64,000 bases of DNA from Hamiltosporidium tvaerminnensis FI-OER-3-3. Lineage: Eukaryota; Fungi; Microsporidia. Below are positions 1 to 12,384 of the stretch, piece by piece. The number at the start of each line of letters is the position of its first letter. Position 1 is the stretch's first letter. Under the pieces are notes generated by a model. It saw only the letters and a list, made by a program, of their open reading frames with translations. It made no database searches and was not told where the DNA came from. The stretch covers positions 186,001-250,000 of the forward strand of contig JAKIMF020000007.1 of assembly GCA_022605425.2 (NCBI GenBank), in the 5' to 3' direction. The position numbers were made by a program, and so were the translations under genes.

Positions 1-400
1 AATGAATTTGATGTTTTTATTTAAATTTTAAAATTTGAATTGTTCATTTAATTTTTTTGTATTTTTTTTTATAAAAATTATAAATTTTATTGAATGATTG
101 GATTTCTTTATCTTTTGTTATAATTTACATTGTTATTTGTAATTAATATATTTCATTGTTATTTATAAAAGTAAAATTTGAGATTTGAGAGTTAAAATTC
201 TTTTTTTTTTAAATATTTATTTTTATTAATTAAATTGAAAAATGTTTAGAAGAAATGTAAATAATAATTAGATTGTAAAAAAATATTTCTAATTTGTACA
301 TCATTAGGTATTGATTATGTCTTATTTAAATTCTAATCAATTATTTTAGGTTTTTTTTATATCAAAAACTAAAAGTTTCATATATTTTTTGTAATTGATT

Positions 401-630
401 ATTTATAGTTAATCTCTATATTCTTATTTATAGTTAATCTTTATATTCTTAATTATAGTTAATCTCTATATTCTTAATTATAGTTAATCTGTATATTCTT
501 ATTTATAGTTAATCTGTATATTCTTATTTATAGCGTATCCCTATATTCTTATTTATAGTTAATCTCTATATTCTTATTTATAGTTAATCTCTATATTCTT
601 AATTATAGTTTATCTCTATATTCTTAATTA
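401..630. repeat. 25-bp minisatellite, ~9 copies (A[T/A]TTATAGTTAATCTCTATATTCTT)
   Basis: Head-to-tail units start at 401, 426, 451, 476, 501, 526, 551, 576 and 601 with few substitutions; no unique spacers. Confidence 0.95.
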
Positions 631-2989
631 CGATATTTACTACTGGTTATTAAGCTCGTAGATTCCGACTTGATTTTACGTTTTACATTCCACAAAAATA
701 AACCATAACATGAGATTTACTATCTTTTAATTTGAGTATCAAAGCTATAATTTCTTAATCTTTATTTTGGTTTTTAATACTTCATATGATATTTTATCAG
801 AATATTTTCTTGTTTTTAATAGTTTGCAGGTAAATTCTTAAATAATTTAAAGAAATTTTTTGATTTGTATGTTTTTCTTCTTCAGATTTTATTTGCTTTT
901 GGTTTTTTTTTTAGAAGCTTCAGCTCAATATTTTCTTTATATTCTGTTTAGATAAACATATATTTTTATTTCATCTGTTTTTTTCTTTCTTAAAAGTATT
1001 TATATATGTGAAACGTTTTTTCTTTGTCTCATAAAAAGTCTTTTTTAACTAATATACTGTTTAAGTTTATATATTGGTTTTATAATATCTTAATTATATT
1101 TATTAATTTTTAAGTCGAGCAGGTATAATTATTAAAGATATAAATGAAATATACAGAGTTAAGAGGAAAAAAATAATTAATTCGCTTTTTAAGCTTCGGT
1201 AAAAAATCTTAAGAATTAAATTCTGAAAAAAATTGTTACTTAAAATATAATTTTTACAAAATGACTATTTGTGTGATTGATCTCTTGAAAAAAATTTGGT
1301 CAAAAAAACCAGCCTTTTTTTTAGACTAAAATATTTTTTTTAACTAACTGTGTGATTTGTCCGAGTTAGATTCAAGTAAATCTCAGTTAGCAAAATACTT
1401 GTCTTAACTTTATCCTGGCAAATTACGTAAGTGGTTAAGATTTTAAAAAAAAACAAGATAATATTTTTTAAATATATGTTGTGATCTATGATAATACATG
1501 AGGGTTATTAAAAGATGGTTAATACGAATATCTTTTTTAATCAATCAAACTATTTTTGTTTTTTTATTTTCATTTCTGTGTCCAATTATTGGTGTAAGAT
1601 TTATGAACAAATAATAAGAGTCATATTATTAATCTAAAAAATTAAGATTTCAAGTCTTTGTTATCGTCGCCATGGCATTGCTCTATTGAATAATGGATTT
1701 TATTTAGGTTTAATCTATTAATATAAACTAATGTTCTGTTTTTTTATTAAATAAATATTTTTTTATGGTTTTTTGTTGTATTTATACTTGATTACTGCTA
1801 ATTCTGTGTTGTAATTTATATTTTGAATAGATGCTTTGTTTAGAATCACTTCATTATCGATTTGGCTTGGAATATTTTAATATTTGTTGGGTTGACACCT
1901 AGATTCTCGTTTGAACTAAATATAGGGATTTGATGTAAATTTCCTCTTTGTGTCAGGATAGATGGTATTTTACGAGTTTAATTGATTTTTAATCTTAATT
2001 TGAATTATAATCGCTTAAAATACTATCAAATGAATGTATGTTTGAGTTATTATGATACAATTCTGATATTTGTTCTTAAAACATCTATATATTTCTATAA
2101 AATAACGTTATCTCAATTTCTAAGAATATACTGGTTTTCTTCAAGATAGATCATTAATCGATCTTTTTTTGTGAAGATCAGATAAAATAAATGAGTGTAA
2201 TTTTTAGGCAGTAAAAGTTATCTTTATGACTTTTTTAAACAAAAATAATTGGTTTATTATTAAGAATGTGCAAACCGGTTTTTATTCACATCTTTATTAT
2301 TTTTTTCCATGCTAATTTCAAAGATTTCATGAAAGAAAAGGTTCGTGTCTTTTTAAAGATATATATTTATTTTAAGAGCGATTTGAATGTACATACTGAT
2401 TTTTTACTTAAAATCTTCAACATTGTCAAATGTATATATTCATAAGAGTCAGTAAGTGCTCTAATATGCGCTAAAGTGTTTATATTATCGAGATCAGCAT
2501 TTTACATAAGAAATATTTCTAAAATAAAACGATATAGCATTAGTTTGTTTATGCATAGGACTATATTTATAAGTTTGTAGATAAATTTATTAAAAACTTA
2601 AAAAAATACATGAATATCATTTTACACTCAATAATAAATGTTAATATAGAATATGATCATAGAATTACTGACAATTTATTTTTATAAGTTAGATTATACT
2701 TAGAATTTTACATAATTCTTATTATATTTACTAAACTTTGTGTTAATTGTAAGGCATTATATTCTTTTATTTGTGCCATCAGAAAGCTAAGATATTATTG
2801 AAATAATATTCAAATCATTCAGTATTTTTTTTTATATTTTTTTTGATATTTTTATAGTTATATGTCTTGTTAAATATATTTACTAGATTCTTAATTTGAA
2901 TTTTAAAAAGCGTTACAATTTTTTAATATAAAACTACTATTATAATTGAAATTTAATATTCTTGGTGGTTTTTATGTATGTGGGATTTT

Positions 2990-3923
2990 TATAAGAAACG
3001 GAAGGTTGGCTTCTTTGATTATTGTTTATAGAAAACTCATCTATCTTGGTATACTTAATAATAATATACGATTATACAATTTTTTTTTTTAAAAAAAAAT
3101 ATCTGACTTAATATATTTCAATTTGATTACACGACATAATAAAGTTTAAGATATCTACTCTTACTATTCTTAAATACACAAATTTGAATCTAAAAAACGA
3201 TCCGGAAGCATTCAGTTTAAGAAATAGGTGAATGAGTATCAGAAACAAGACCGAGGGACCATATAAGAAATATATTTCACGAATTGGAATAATGGATTCG
3301 ATGTGTTTATTTTATAAAAGATTTAAAATGAGAATACACTGATTGATGTAGAAATTACATCTAAGATTCATTTCGAATATTGAAACTTACAAACTAAGGA
3401 AGCATGACCCCTTAACCAATCATCTAAGTCTTATTTATAACTTTGCTGTGGAGATAATTTTTTTGTATGATCTACTCCTACGGTTTTATAACAAAAACCA
3501 TATGACATACATTAAAAAACATGTAAATATCCATGAATGTAGATCCATACATCCGTTATATTCTCAAGAAGACTATAAAATAATTTTCTTTGTTTGACAA
3601 AGAAGACTTGAGTCAGGACCAACTGCCGAAGAAAGCTAAGAAAGAAAGCCAATAAGTAATATTTAAAGAGCGGAAATTCATGAGGAACCAATGCCTCTTT
3701 AAAACGCACAACAGCCCAGGACAAGTAAACCAAAAGTAATAGTGAAAAAATATTTTCCTCCTTGTTTCATGAGGCACCTTGGCGGAACCGACAGTAAATA
3801 CAAATTAAGATTCGGATTATGAAGATGAAGATAAGATGGTAAAATGATAGAATATAATATAGAAGTTAAAAAAGTAGTTTTTTTAATCTCAAATTTGTAT
3901 AAATATAAATTTTAATGAATAAA
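2990..3923 (+). mobile_element. Decayed 3' part of the RLE non-LTR retrotransposon (relic copy)
   Basis: DNA aligns by eye to the copy at 20397-21705, e.g. aatttgaatctaaaaaacga..cattcagtttaagaaata (FESSKR..HSVQEI), aaactaaggaagcatgac (KLRKYD), catgaatgtagatccatacat (MNVEAYI), gacttgagtcaggaccaactgccgaagaaagc (GLESGP.AEES). Many stops and indels. Boundaries approximate. Confidence 0.85.
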
Positions 3924-4959
3924 TATTTTCATGTTTAAAATATTAGATCATATTTTAAAGTATCTATTGCAAGGTTTAAATTTTTGTGCTTTGAGTATAT
4001 TCAATTAAGAAGATGGTATTTATATAAATTTACTGTATATTGATATCCTCGAGGAAATATAATGTGCTTCTTTCTATAAAAATTATTTTATTGAATTTAT
4101 AAACAAAAATAATGGCTTTATTCTTTTTACTTTAATCAGTTCGTTTTTTGGCTCGGATTTTAAAATTTGATTGTTTATATTCAAACCTAATTATATAGCG
4201 ATCAGTGTTTTTTTTATCATCTTAGGTTTTGATTTTTTTGAAACAAATACGAACGTCTAATATTGCATAGGGTTTCAAAGTCAAAAATTTGTTAAATTTT
4301 TTGATTTTTGAATTATTCTTTCTTGTTTGCTATAGAACTACAAAAAAACTTAAAAATTCATCTATATTTATTTTTTAGGTGTGAAAAAAGATCAATCATA
4401 ATTATTTTGCGTATAAAAGTAATAGAGGTATTGTAAAGATTATCTATTGGAATATTTTTTTATGTTTTTGTGTAGAAAATATATTACAGATTGAAAAAAA
4501 CAAATCTGGAAAACCAATTTAAATTTCTTACAAGAAATATCGACACTGTAATTCTATTGAGTAATATTCGGAGCAATAAAAATATTTACAATAAATTTTA
4601 TTGGTGAATTTCATAAACCAATGAAATAGAACGAAGCAACCTAAGCCCTCTTTTTTTAAAAAAGAACATACACTTATATTCTTCCTAATATTTGAGAAAA
4701 TAGATTTTTATACGCGCTATTTCCAATTGCCTTGAAAATAAAAATTGAACGAATCGATAAGCACACAAATTTCATTTGTTCTCAAAAAAATAGTTACAAA
4801 TCAAAAAAAGTGTCAAAAAAGATTGGTTTTACACGTTAGAAAAGAACTTTTTAAATTCTTATTATCCGAACTCAGATGAATTAAAAAGTATTTTAATGTA
4901 GGCAAAAGGAGAATTGATAGTGAAAAAAAGTATAAATAAACTAGAATTTTTAAGAAACA

Positions 4960-5199
4960 ATGAAAATAAATTTTGCTCTTATATTCAGTTATTTATTTAT
5001 TTTAGCCATATGTTCAAAGAAAAAGAGTAAATCTAAGGGATCTAAACCAAGTTCGCCTGCTCCACCAGCCTCTGGAGCATCACCAGATGCAAGTGCAGCC
5101 CCTGCAGGAGCAGCAACTGCAGAAGCTGATCCTGCAATGGCAGCCGGAGGTTCAGCCGCTCCCGTACCACCTACAGCTGGAGAAGCCCCTCCTGCTTAA
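4960..5199 (+). CDS. Small putatively secreted protein (79 aa): signal peptide, Lys-rich patch, Pro/Ala-rich tail
   Basis: Hydrophobic N-terminus MKINFALIFSYLFILAICS; GC-rich coding-like island in AT-rich DNA; TATAAATA ~29 nt upstream; AATAAA right after the stop. Confidence 0.85.
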   Translation: MKINFALIFSYLFILAICSKKKSKSKGSKPSSPAPPASGASPDASAAPAGAATAEADPAMAAGGSAAPVPPTAGEAPPA

Positions 5200-5304
5200 A
5201 GAGAATAAAAGCTATAAGATCAAGAATAGTAAACCATCTTTTAGTATTTTTTTTATAACTTTTTTTTTATAACTTTTTTGTTAGTGTAGGTAAATTTTCG
5301 TTCA

Positions 5305-5787
5305 AGAGTTTAAAAAATACGTTTTAAAAATTTGTATTAAACGTATTTTTTATAGCGTTGGTCTCAAAGGAAAAGATAATCTGATTCATAAGACATGCAA
5401 AATAAATTTTTACCATTTATTTCATAACGTATCGGTAGTTATTAGATCTTAGTATTTGATCTGTTGGTTCATTTATATAGCTATAAAATTTAAAATTTCT
5501 AAAATTTTTCCAACTTTCACGTATTCTAAAATACATTTGCTTCTAAAATCATATGTTTTGTAACTTAGATATTTACTTATTAGTCCCTTTTTTTACCTCC
5601 TGGTATCGAGTATGAACAGATTGAAATTTACATTAATTCATTTAATCTATTGTAAAGCAGAACTATAAGGAATTGTGTTATAGATTAGTGTAGTTTAAAT
5701 CCTAAAAAAATTCCAATAATGATTTTCACATCAATTCTACACTCTCATTACCAAGCAAATAGTTTTTAATTGGCTATCTTTTTTCCA
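5305..5787 (-). mobile_element. Highly decayed copy (E) of the ~720-nt SINE-like element
   Basis: 5682-5787 (agtgtagtttaaatcctaaaaaaattccaataatgattttcacatcaattctacactctcattaccaagca) matches the element's 5' part at 33484-33560; only patchy similarity further left, so the left boundary is uncertain. Confidence 0.6.
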
Positions 5788-8229
5788 TAAACCTATATAC
5801 AATACAATTTATAAATCAATTTATTTATAATGTTTATAAAAATATATTCATTTAATGAGATCACATATAAAAATAAAAAATACCATAATACAGTGCAGTC
5901 ACGTTACTTGCTGTTAAATAGAGCGGTCTCGCGTGATAAGTAAATTCAGGTGATAAAATTTTTTAGTTATGAAATAAATAATTTAACTTTAACGTATGCT
6001 TTAATCTGTTTAGAGTTTGTTGGAAATGAAAAGTTTTTTTTGGATTCTAGTAAACTTGCATTACCTAATCCTTTTAGCAAACTAGATGAAAAAAAGAATG
6101 TTGAAAGTTAAATCCTTTATTTATCTTATAAATATTATAAATGGTCTCTAGTTTCTACACTTTTATCCTATTAATATGCGCAGTTTTGCAAATAATTAAT
6201 AACCGATAAGATGACTATAAAAAACATGGCCAAAATGTTATTTGTGGTCATATACGGCCTTAATCCTGGTCTTATAAATCGAAGGCAGCTTAAGTAAAAA
6301 TATCTTGACATTTCCACGAAATTAGAAAGTATCTCCTTTGAATTGGTTTGAGTTATTAACTTTGGTTTAATTAACAAAAAATAATATTTTGTAAGTATTC
6401 ATTAGCAAAAAATTTTTTGTAACATCGATGCTAAACATTTACTTATGATGTTATTCTATTCCTCAAGGATTTCTTTAGAAAATATTTCTGCACATAGTTT
6501 CTTTGCTTCAGTGGATCTGCAAAATATGACTCTATGTATTATAACATGCCTTTTAGAACTTCTCGAATCACCCTTTGCCCGATATAAAGCTTACAAACGT
6601 TACAAAGAATATTTTTTAGGTTCTTTCTGCGTGCAAAGCCGAAAGCTTCTTCACTTTCTCCAGAATTACGCTCGAATCCGAAAAAAGTTTTGCTTGTAAT
6701 CATCATTAATACAACCAGCTATTAAAAACGACTTTTTACTTGAACTTTTTGCAATATGTCAAGATAAGCGATGTTTTTTTAAAGAAACTGTAGTCGTTAC
6801 ACGAAAATCTTTTTCTCTATGCAGATTGTGTGAATAAAAAATTTATTCAAGCCAAAATACGTGCCATAGCACATTATTTGCTATAATTAATCATAGATAA
6901 CGTTTCACCATCTATCGGATGTAAGAATGTTCGAACATAATTGGTTTATTATCAGAAATCCGAAAAGAAGCAGCCCATTAAGCGATCAAAGTACTCAGAT
7001 ATTTTTTTTGAAAATCGTAATTCATTACAAATCCAAAATATTTTTTTATCTTTGCAATGTATACAGAATCATCTATATAGGACCGGCGAGAGGCGGAACC
7101 AATTAAAAGAAGTGATATTAATATGCTTTCTGTTTCCCAAAAAAACCGCTAAATTTTACACACGAACTGAAGAGTTTAATATATACGAGTTTTGAATAGT
7201 GTTTAATAGCAATAGAATTATCTTTTGAAAAAAAATTGCTAGTAACCTATGAGAAAATCGATACATATAGATATTTATACGTCAAGATCAAGATGTATTT
7301 ATCTATTTTTTTGATTTAAAATATTGTTTTAATGACGTACAATAGTTTTCATTGTGATAGAACAAATAAGATTTATTTTACCTTTAAGTTTTCAGAAGTA
7401 AAAATATACGTTGAATGAAAAATAAGAAAAAAACTTAAATTTGTCCTTGATTTTTTTATTTGAAACATAATTTTTTGATTTATGTAGGAGCAATTGTAGA
7501 AATTCGAGACTTTAAATTTAAACATCCTGTGTACACTTTTAATTTAATATATTATTATTTAGAGTTATACTTAACATATATATAAACTCATATCGTTAAT
7601 TTAAGTATAACAAAAAGTAAATAGCAATATTAGTTATAAATATGATCAATTTGGTTAAGAATTACATTGTTTTTTTAGTATAAATGTAAATACATTTAAA
7701 TAATTTATGATAGAACAATCTGAAATAAAAACATTACCAGACATTTTAAGAAAATTAAATATTCAAGAAATCGGCTCTATATATTTTGTTCAAACGCACC
7801 TAAAGAAATTAAACTTTGAAAAAAAATGTAAAAATCTTACAAAAAATCGATATATAATTAATAAAATATATTTAAATAACTTTTTAAATTCATTTTATAG
7901 TAATCTGTCTAGGATATTTAATCTGAACCTTGTTCTTTATTAAGTCCTAGTTTTCTAATAAAATTTTATCTTCGACTTGAAGTTTATTTGGTTCGACATC
8001 TAATATGCTTTTGTATGGATTTTTATCTTTTGATAAAATCTTTTTAATTTCCATTATATTTCGACTAAAATCATGGTTTAATAAACAAATAAATATCGAA
8101 TCTTTCAAAGACATGGAATTTATTATGTTTATTTTATGAATTAGCCTCAATACTCTATCAATATTTCATATTATATTCACATCCAAAAGATTTTTTTCTA
8201 AAACCGGAGCAAACTATTTAAACAGCAAA

Positions 8230-8530
8230 AACCAACCCGGGGTTTGTTTAGACACGTTCACTAAAGTGTGATCGCAAGCGAAACCCACCTTAGAATCATC
8301 AGGAATAACATAATTCCACCTGATATACACACCATGAACCGAATAGACATCAATCTGTGATATATATCGGCAGTTCAAATGTGATGCGCATAGACGTTGC
8401 AATATCATACCGAGATATATAACTGATATTTGGCTTTTTGGCTTTTGAAGGATATGTTTTTTTTATATCTCCAGGAGCAAAATATTTTAACTTAATTGAG
8501 CAACCCTAGGTTTCCTGGCAATTACATGAT
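8230..8530 (-). pseudogene. Possible Tc1-like transposase relic
   Basis: Translation RWNYVIPDDSKVGFACD..VNVSKQTPG resembles the Tc1 first-Asp motif (W..V.FSDES.F....D....VWR.PG); an upstream fragment ARKPRVA resembles GRPR. No TIRs found. Confidence 0.35.
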
Positions 8531-10359
8531 AATTACTAACAAATTCTGTCGTATTTTCAATCTAGTTATCTAAAAACCACGAACTAGCTTCGTAAAATAT
8601 TTTAGCACAGTTGAGAACCTTATCCTTCAAATACAAATTCCCATAGAAAAAGAAAAGGTAGTGTATTTTTTATTAATCTTTTCGAAAAATCAAACAATTA
8701 TTTTATACTTCGAATTACCAATATCATTTTCAATAGGTAGTTTTTAATGAGGTGGGTATCTCCTTCACTATAAATCGCATTTAAAATATCAATAATAAAT
8801 TATATCTTAAATTCCAATCAATTGTCTTTTTAAAGTATATTTTACAGCGTTTCAAACTCTAATAAAAATAAGTTATAAATATATTATTAATCATAAATAA
8901 AACCTAGAAAATATCTTTTATCACCAATTAATTCACCGGATAGATCCAGAAGTATATGCAAAGCAAATCAATAATGAAACCGTTCATACTTGAAAGCTTT
9001 ACAAAACCGCAATAAAAATATAATATACTTTCAGAGAAAATAATATTGTTAAAGATGACTTGTATTAAGATCTGATATCTGTTAATTCCTTGTTTGGTTA
9101 TTTTATCACTTATAAAGAGTTTGCTGTCTTAAAATAAAGTTAGATTTAACCAAAAATTATAAATCAATCGATTATTCAGATTTGAACTCAACGTATTTAA
9201 TTTGAATAAAAAATTTCGGGTTTTTTAAATTAACATTAGGGGGTTATATGACATTTAAAAGAGTATCGTATGGTTTTCTGCTTTTTCTTGTTTCAAAATA
9301 AAAATCAAGTGCACGGATTTTGCTGACAATATCATATATAGATAGTAAATATTATTCAAGATATTTTTATATATCAACAAATATAGATTTAAAACCAAAT
9401 TTGATTACAATCAAGATGATTCATTTAAATCCAATCATAGAATGATAATTGACAGTTACTAAAACAAATTATTCCAAGTATTTATTCTAAATTGTAAAGA
9501 TGGAAAATTCTTACGAATATATATCTCGAGCAAATAAAAATATGCATTAAATTCGGAACTCGTTTTTTCTCATTTAATTATTTAGCGATGATTAAAATAA
9601 TAAAGATAAAATCATATTTATTCGAATATTTTCACAATTGTTTTAAGTTTCCAAATTAAGTTATATTTTTTTTTCCGGTAAACTATGGACTGAACTACTA
9701 CTTCGTATCATTTCAGATCTATTGAATGCAAGAAATTTTATTGATATTATTTGAATGCGTATCCAACCTCTACATATTAGTTCAAATTCTATTGATTAAG
9801 TATATTTGGTCTGTAAATCTTAATCCAACTACTTATCTTCATATTTTTTTATGGTTATTTGATGAATATAAGGACATATTAACCCCAAAGTATAATAAGA
9901 ATGGGTAAATTAAGCAGGCATGCTTTTCAAAACCAAAATCACTGAACAGAGGTGTCAAAGTATTTGTTTTGTCGACTAAAAATAGTAACTTAAACCTTTT
10001 GCAAAAAATTAAAAATGAATATTTAGAATTTTTGTAAATTTAATACAAATGCAAAATATATTCAGTAAGGAAATTCCAAATCTTTATTTTAGCTATATTT
10101 AAAGATCGAATAAAGAATATTAAGTATTTGCTATCAGATTTATTTGTGATTGAATAAATCTATATACTTATATTCGCAGATAAATAACAAATTTATAAAA
10201 TAAATCAATTACATAAAGTTTCGTATTGAATTACCATAGTCCTACATTTATTTCAAAATGAATACATTTCTGAAAAAATAAACATGAAAACTTGCTTAGA
10301 AATATTTTAACTCAAAATTTAAATGAAAAAATAAAGTATGACAGTCACTTTTATTTAAA

Positions 10360-10590
10360 TCAAACGGTCTGTTTTTCTGGTACACATCCTTTGGCTCCTG
10401 GTGGACATCTCTTTGGTGGATTTGCTTTTGCGGGCATTGCAGCCTTTGGTTCGTCTGCACGTGCTTCTCCGGGACTTGTGGCTGTTCCTAACCCTTGTTC
10501 ACTCTGTTCTGTTGTGGCTGCCTTTGGTGATGATGTTTGTCCAAAAACATATCCGATGAATGCAATTGTTGAGGCAATAAAAATCTTCAT
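10360..10590 (-). CDS. Small putatively secreted protein (76 aa) with C-terminal CPPGAKGC motif
   Basis: Signal-peptide-like MKIFIASTIAFIGYVFG; Thr/Ala/Pro-rich body; TATAAATA ~27 nt upstream on the minus strand; AATAAA at the stop; GC-rich island. Confidence 0.85.
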   Translation of the reverse strand: MKIFIASTIAFIGYVFGQTSSPKAATTEQSEQGLGTATSPGEARADEPKAAMPAKANPPKRCPPGAKGCVPEKQTV

Positions 10591-10735
10591 GGAATTGAAA
10601 ATTTGTCTCTATTTATAGTTTTAGTAACTGATTTTTCTCCTTTTAAGAATCACTTTTTTTCATATAATCAGTTAATCTAAATAAATTAAAAACAAGTTTG
10701 TTCTTTCAATCTAGAATATATCTGATGATATTATC

Positions 10736-10900
10736 TGATTGGTTCAAAATATAAAAGTATGGATTATTTTATTATTAAAAATTAAAATATAAAAAAATAT
10801 GAACCAATCAAATACATTTATTTAATATCTTTCAATGTGCTTAAGAGTTAAAATTAATGTAAGATCATGTCATTTTTTATAAATAGAAACTGTCCAATCA
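10736..10900. promoter_or_regulatory. Cluster of CCAAT-box-like elements upstream of the 10590 gene
   Basis: TGATTGGTT (10737-10745), AACCAATCA (10802-10810), CCAATCA (10894-10900). Confidence 0.4.
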
Positions 10901-11562
10901 AATATTATTGTTTTTAATATATTGTTTTACGTGTTATAGAAACTTCAAAAAAACTAAAATTCATTAAATCGTTATTTCAGATTAAATTACTTGAACATTT
11001 TAATTTGTGTATAGAAACTATTCGCTATGAATTTAAACGTAAATAAACGTACGAAGACGGTGGTAACATTAAGTAATTAAAAACAAAAGGTCTACAACCC
11101 GCGTTAACTGCAAATCATTTCTATTTTGGTTTCAATACCATCGATTTGTTTATTAATCGTATCCATTAAACATTGCTAATATTTACAAATTTAATCAGTT
11201 CTTTTTTTAAAAAAGACATATATTACTTGTTTTAGCAATTTTTTTAAAGAAGTATAATGAAAGGTGTTTTAAAATTTAAAAAAATGAATGATTTTTGAAT
11301 AATATTGCAATAAATTCAAATAATCTTAGATATTAAGTGTTTTAGCACTATATTTTTTTCGTAAAAAATACATATAATTTTTACTACCAGGATTGAAGTT
11401 TTTAGTAAAATATTTGCATTAATTATCTTTGAATTCGCTAAAAGAAAAAAATTCTAATATAAGAGCGGTACTTCCAACGGAAAGTTCGGAATTTTATATC
11501 CAAAAAGATAATTATTCAATTGAACAATCAGATTTAAATGTTCCCCTCTAAAAACAGAAAAC

Positions 11563-12384
11563 ATGTCAAAAATATTTGAAACTAGATATGAACCAGATTG
11601 TGTACTATTTTTAAATGAAGAAGTTATATATGTAGGATGTTACAGTCATTTGGATGGAAAAAGAAATGGTGAAATTATTAGTTACCCAGAAAAGTTATTT
11701 GTTGATACAACTGGAACATTAGATTTAAAATTATCTGATAATAAATTATTTGCAGCGAACGTATCAGACATATCGATATATAATGCAGATTTATCCCTAC
11801 ATCACAGTATAGAAACCACTTCCTTGAATACTTATATTGAACCATATAATAATCTTATTGTATCGTGTGATATTAACGGTTCGCTAAATATATATGATTT
11901 AAGCCATGGAAATAAACAAAGTTATAATCTTTCTGATAATATATTGTGGGTTTGTAGGAAAAATGATAATTATATATATTGTGGCGGTGAAAGCGGTACA
12001 TTATTTATAAAAGATATAAGAACTTCTGAAAATAGAAATATCAATATTGAAAATAATATTACATTTGTAGATATAATAGGAAACCAAATATACGTTTGCT
12101 CATATGGTAATACTTTAAAAATCTACGACCAGCGAAATTATAAATTGATTAAAAATATAGAATTAGATTCTGGTATTTGGAGAATTAAAAGGACCGATAA
12201 TCATTTTTTTGTTTCAAGCATGTATGATGGATTTAAAATATTTGACACAAAATGGAACTTACTTAATTCCTTTAAAACTGATTCTATTTGTTATGGTATT
12301 GAGGTTTACGATAAGAAAGTTGCATTCACATCTTTTTACGACAAAAAGGTTTTTGTTTTGAATTTTAATGAGTTGAATCTGTAA
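11563..12384 (+). CDS. DPH7: WD40 protein, diphthine methylesterase Dph7/Rrt2 (WDR85)-like
   Basis: WD-like repeats with family-typical motifs DCV..VGCY..RNG, GTLDLK, GIWRIK, SMYDGFKI, SICYG and SFYDK; CCCC at 11543 upstream. Confidence 0.75.
   Translation: MSKIFETRYEPDCVLFLNEEVIYVGCYSHLDGKRNGEIISYPEKLFVDTTGTLDLKLSDNKLFAANVSDISIYNADLSLHHSIETTSLNTYIEPYNNLIVSCDINGSLNIYDLSHGNKQSYNLSDNILWVCRKNDNYIYCGGESGTLFIKDIRTSENRNINIENNITFVDIIGNQIYVCSYGNTLKIYDQRNYKLIKNIELDSGIWRIKRTDNHFFVSSMYDGFKIFDTKWNLLNSFKTDSICYGIEVYDKKVAFTSFYDKKVFVLNFNELNL

Noticed and set aside
401-630. CRISPR-like array (also 35931-36157)
   Set aside because: Units are contiguous with no unique spacers, there are no cas genes and the context is eukaryotic.
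3512-3733. 73-aa minus-strand ORF
   Set aside because: Antisense to the decayed LINE relic.
5889-5950. Tc1-type end (TA-CAGTG)
   Set aside because: No partner TIR identified.
9248-9908. Secreted-protein gene after a GGGGGG motif (MTFKRVSYGFLLFLVSK)
   Set aside because: Stops after 17 codons and the downstream frames are fragmentary; cannot be supported beyond a possible relic.
10292-10618. Shadow ORFs (10292, 5087, 16507, 17493, 18169, 19423-19892, 21342, 21930, 25194, 25502, 34012, 34622, 37521, 38015, 38273, 54460, 62346)
   Set aside because: They overlap better-supported genes on the opposite strand or in another frame.
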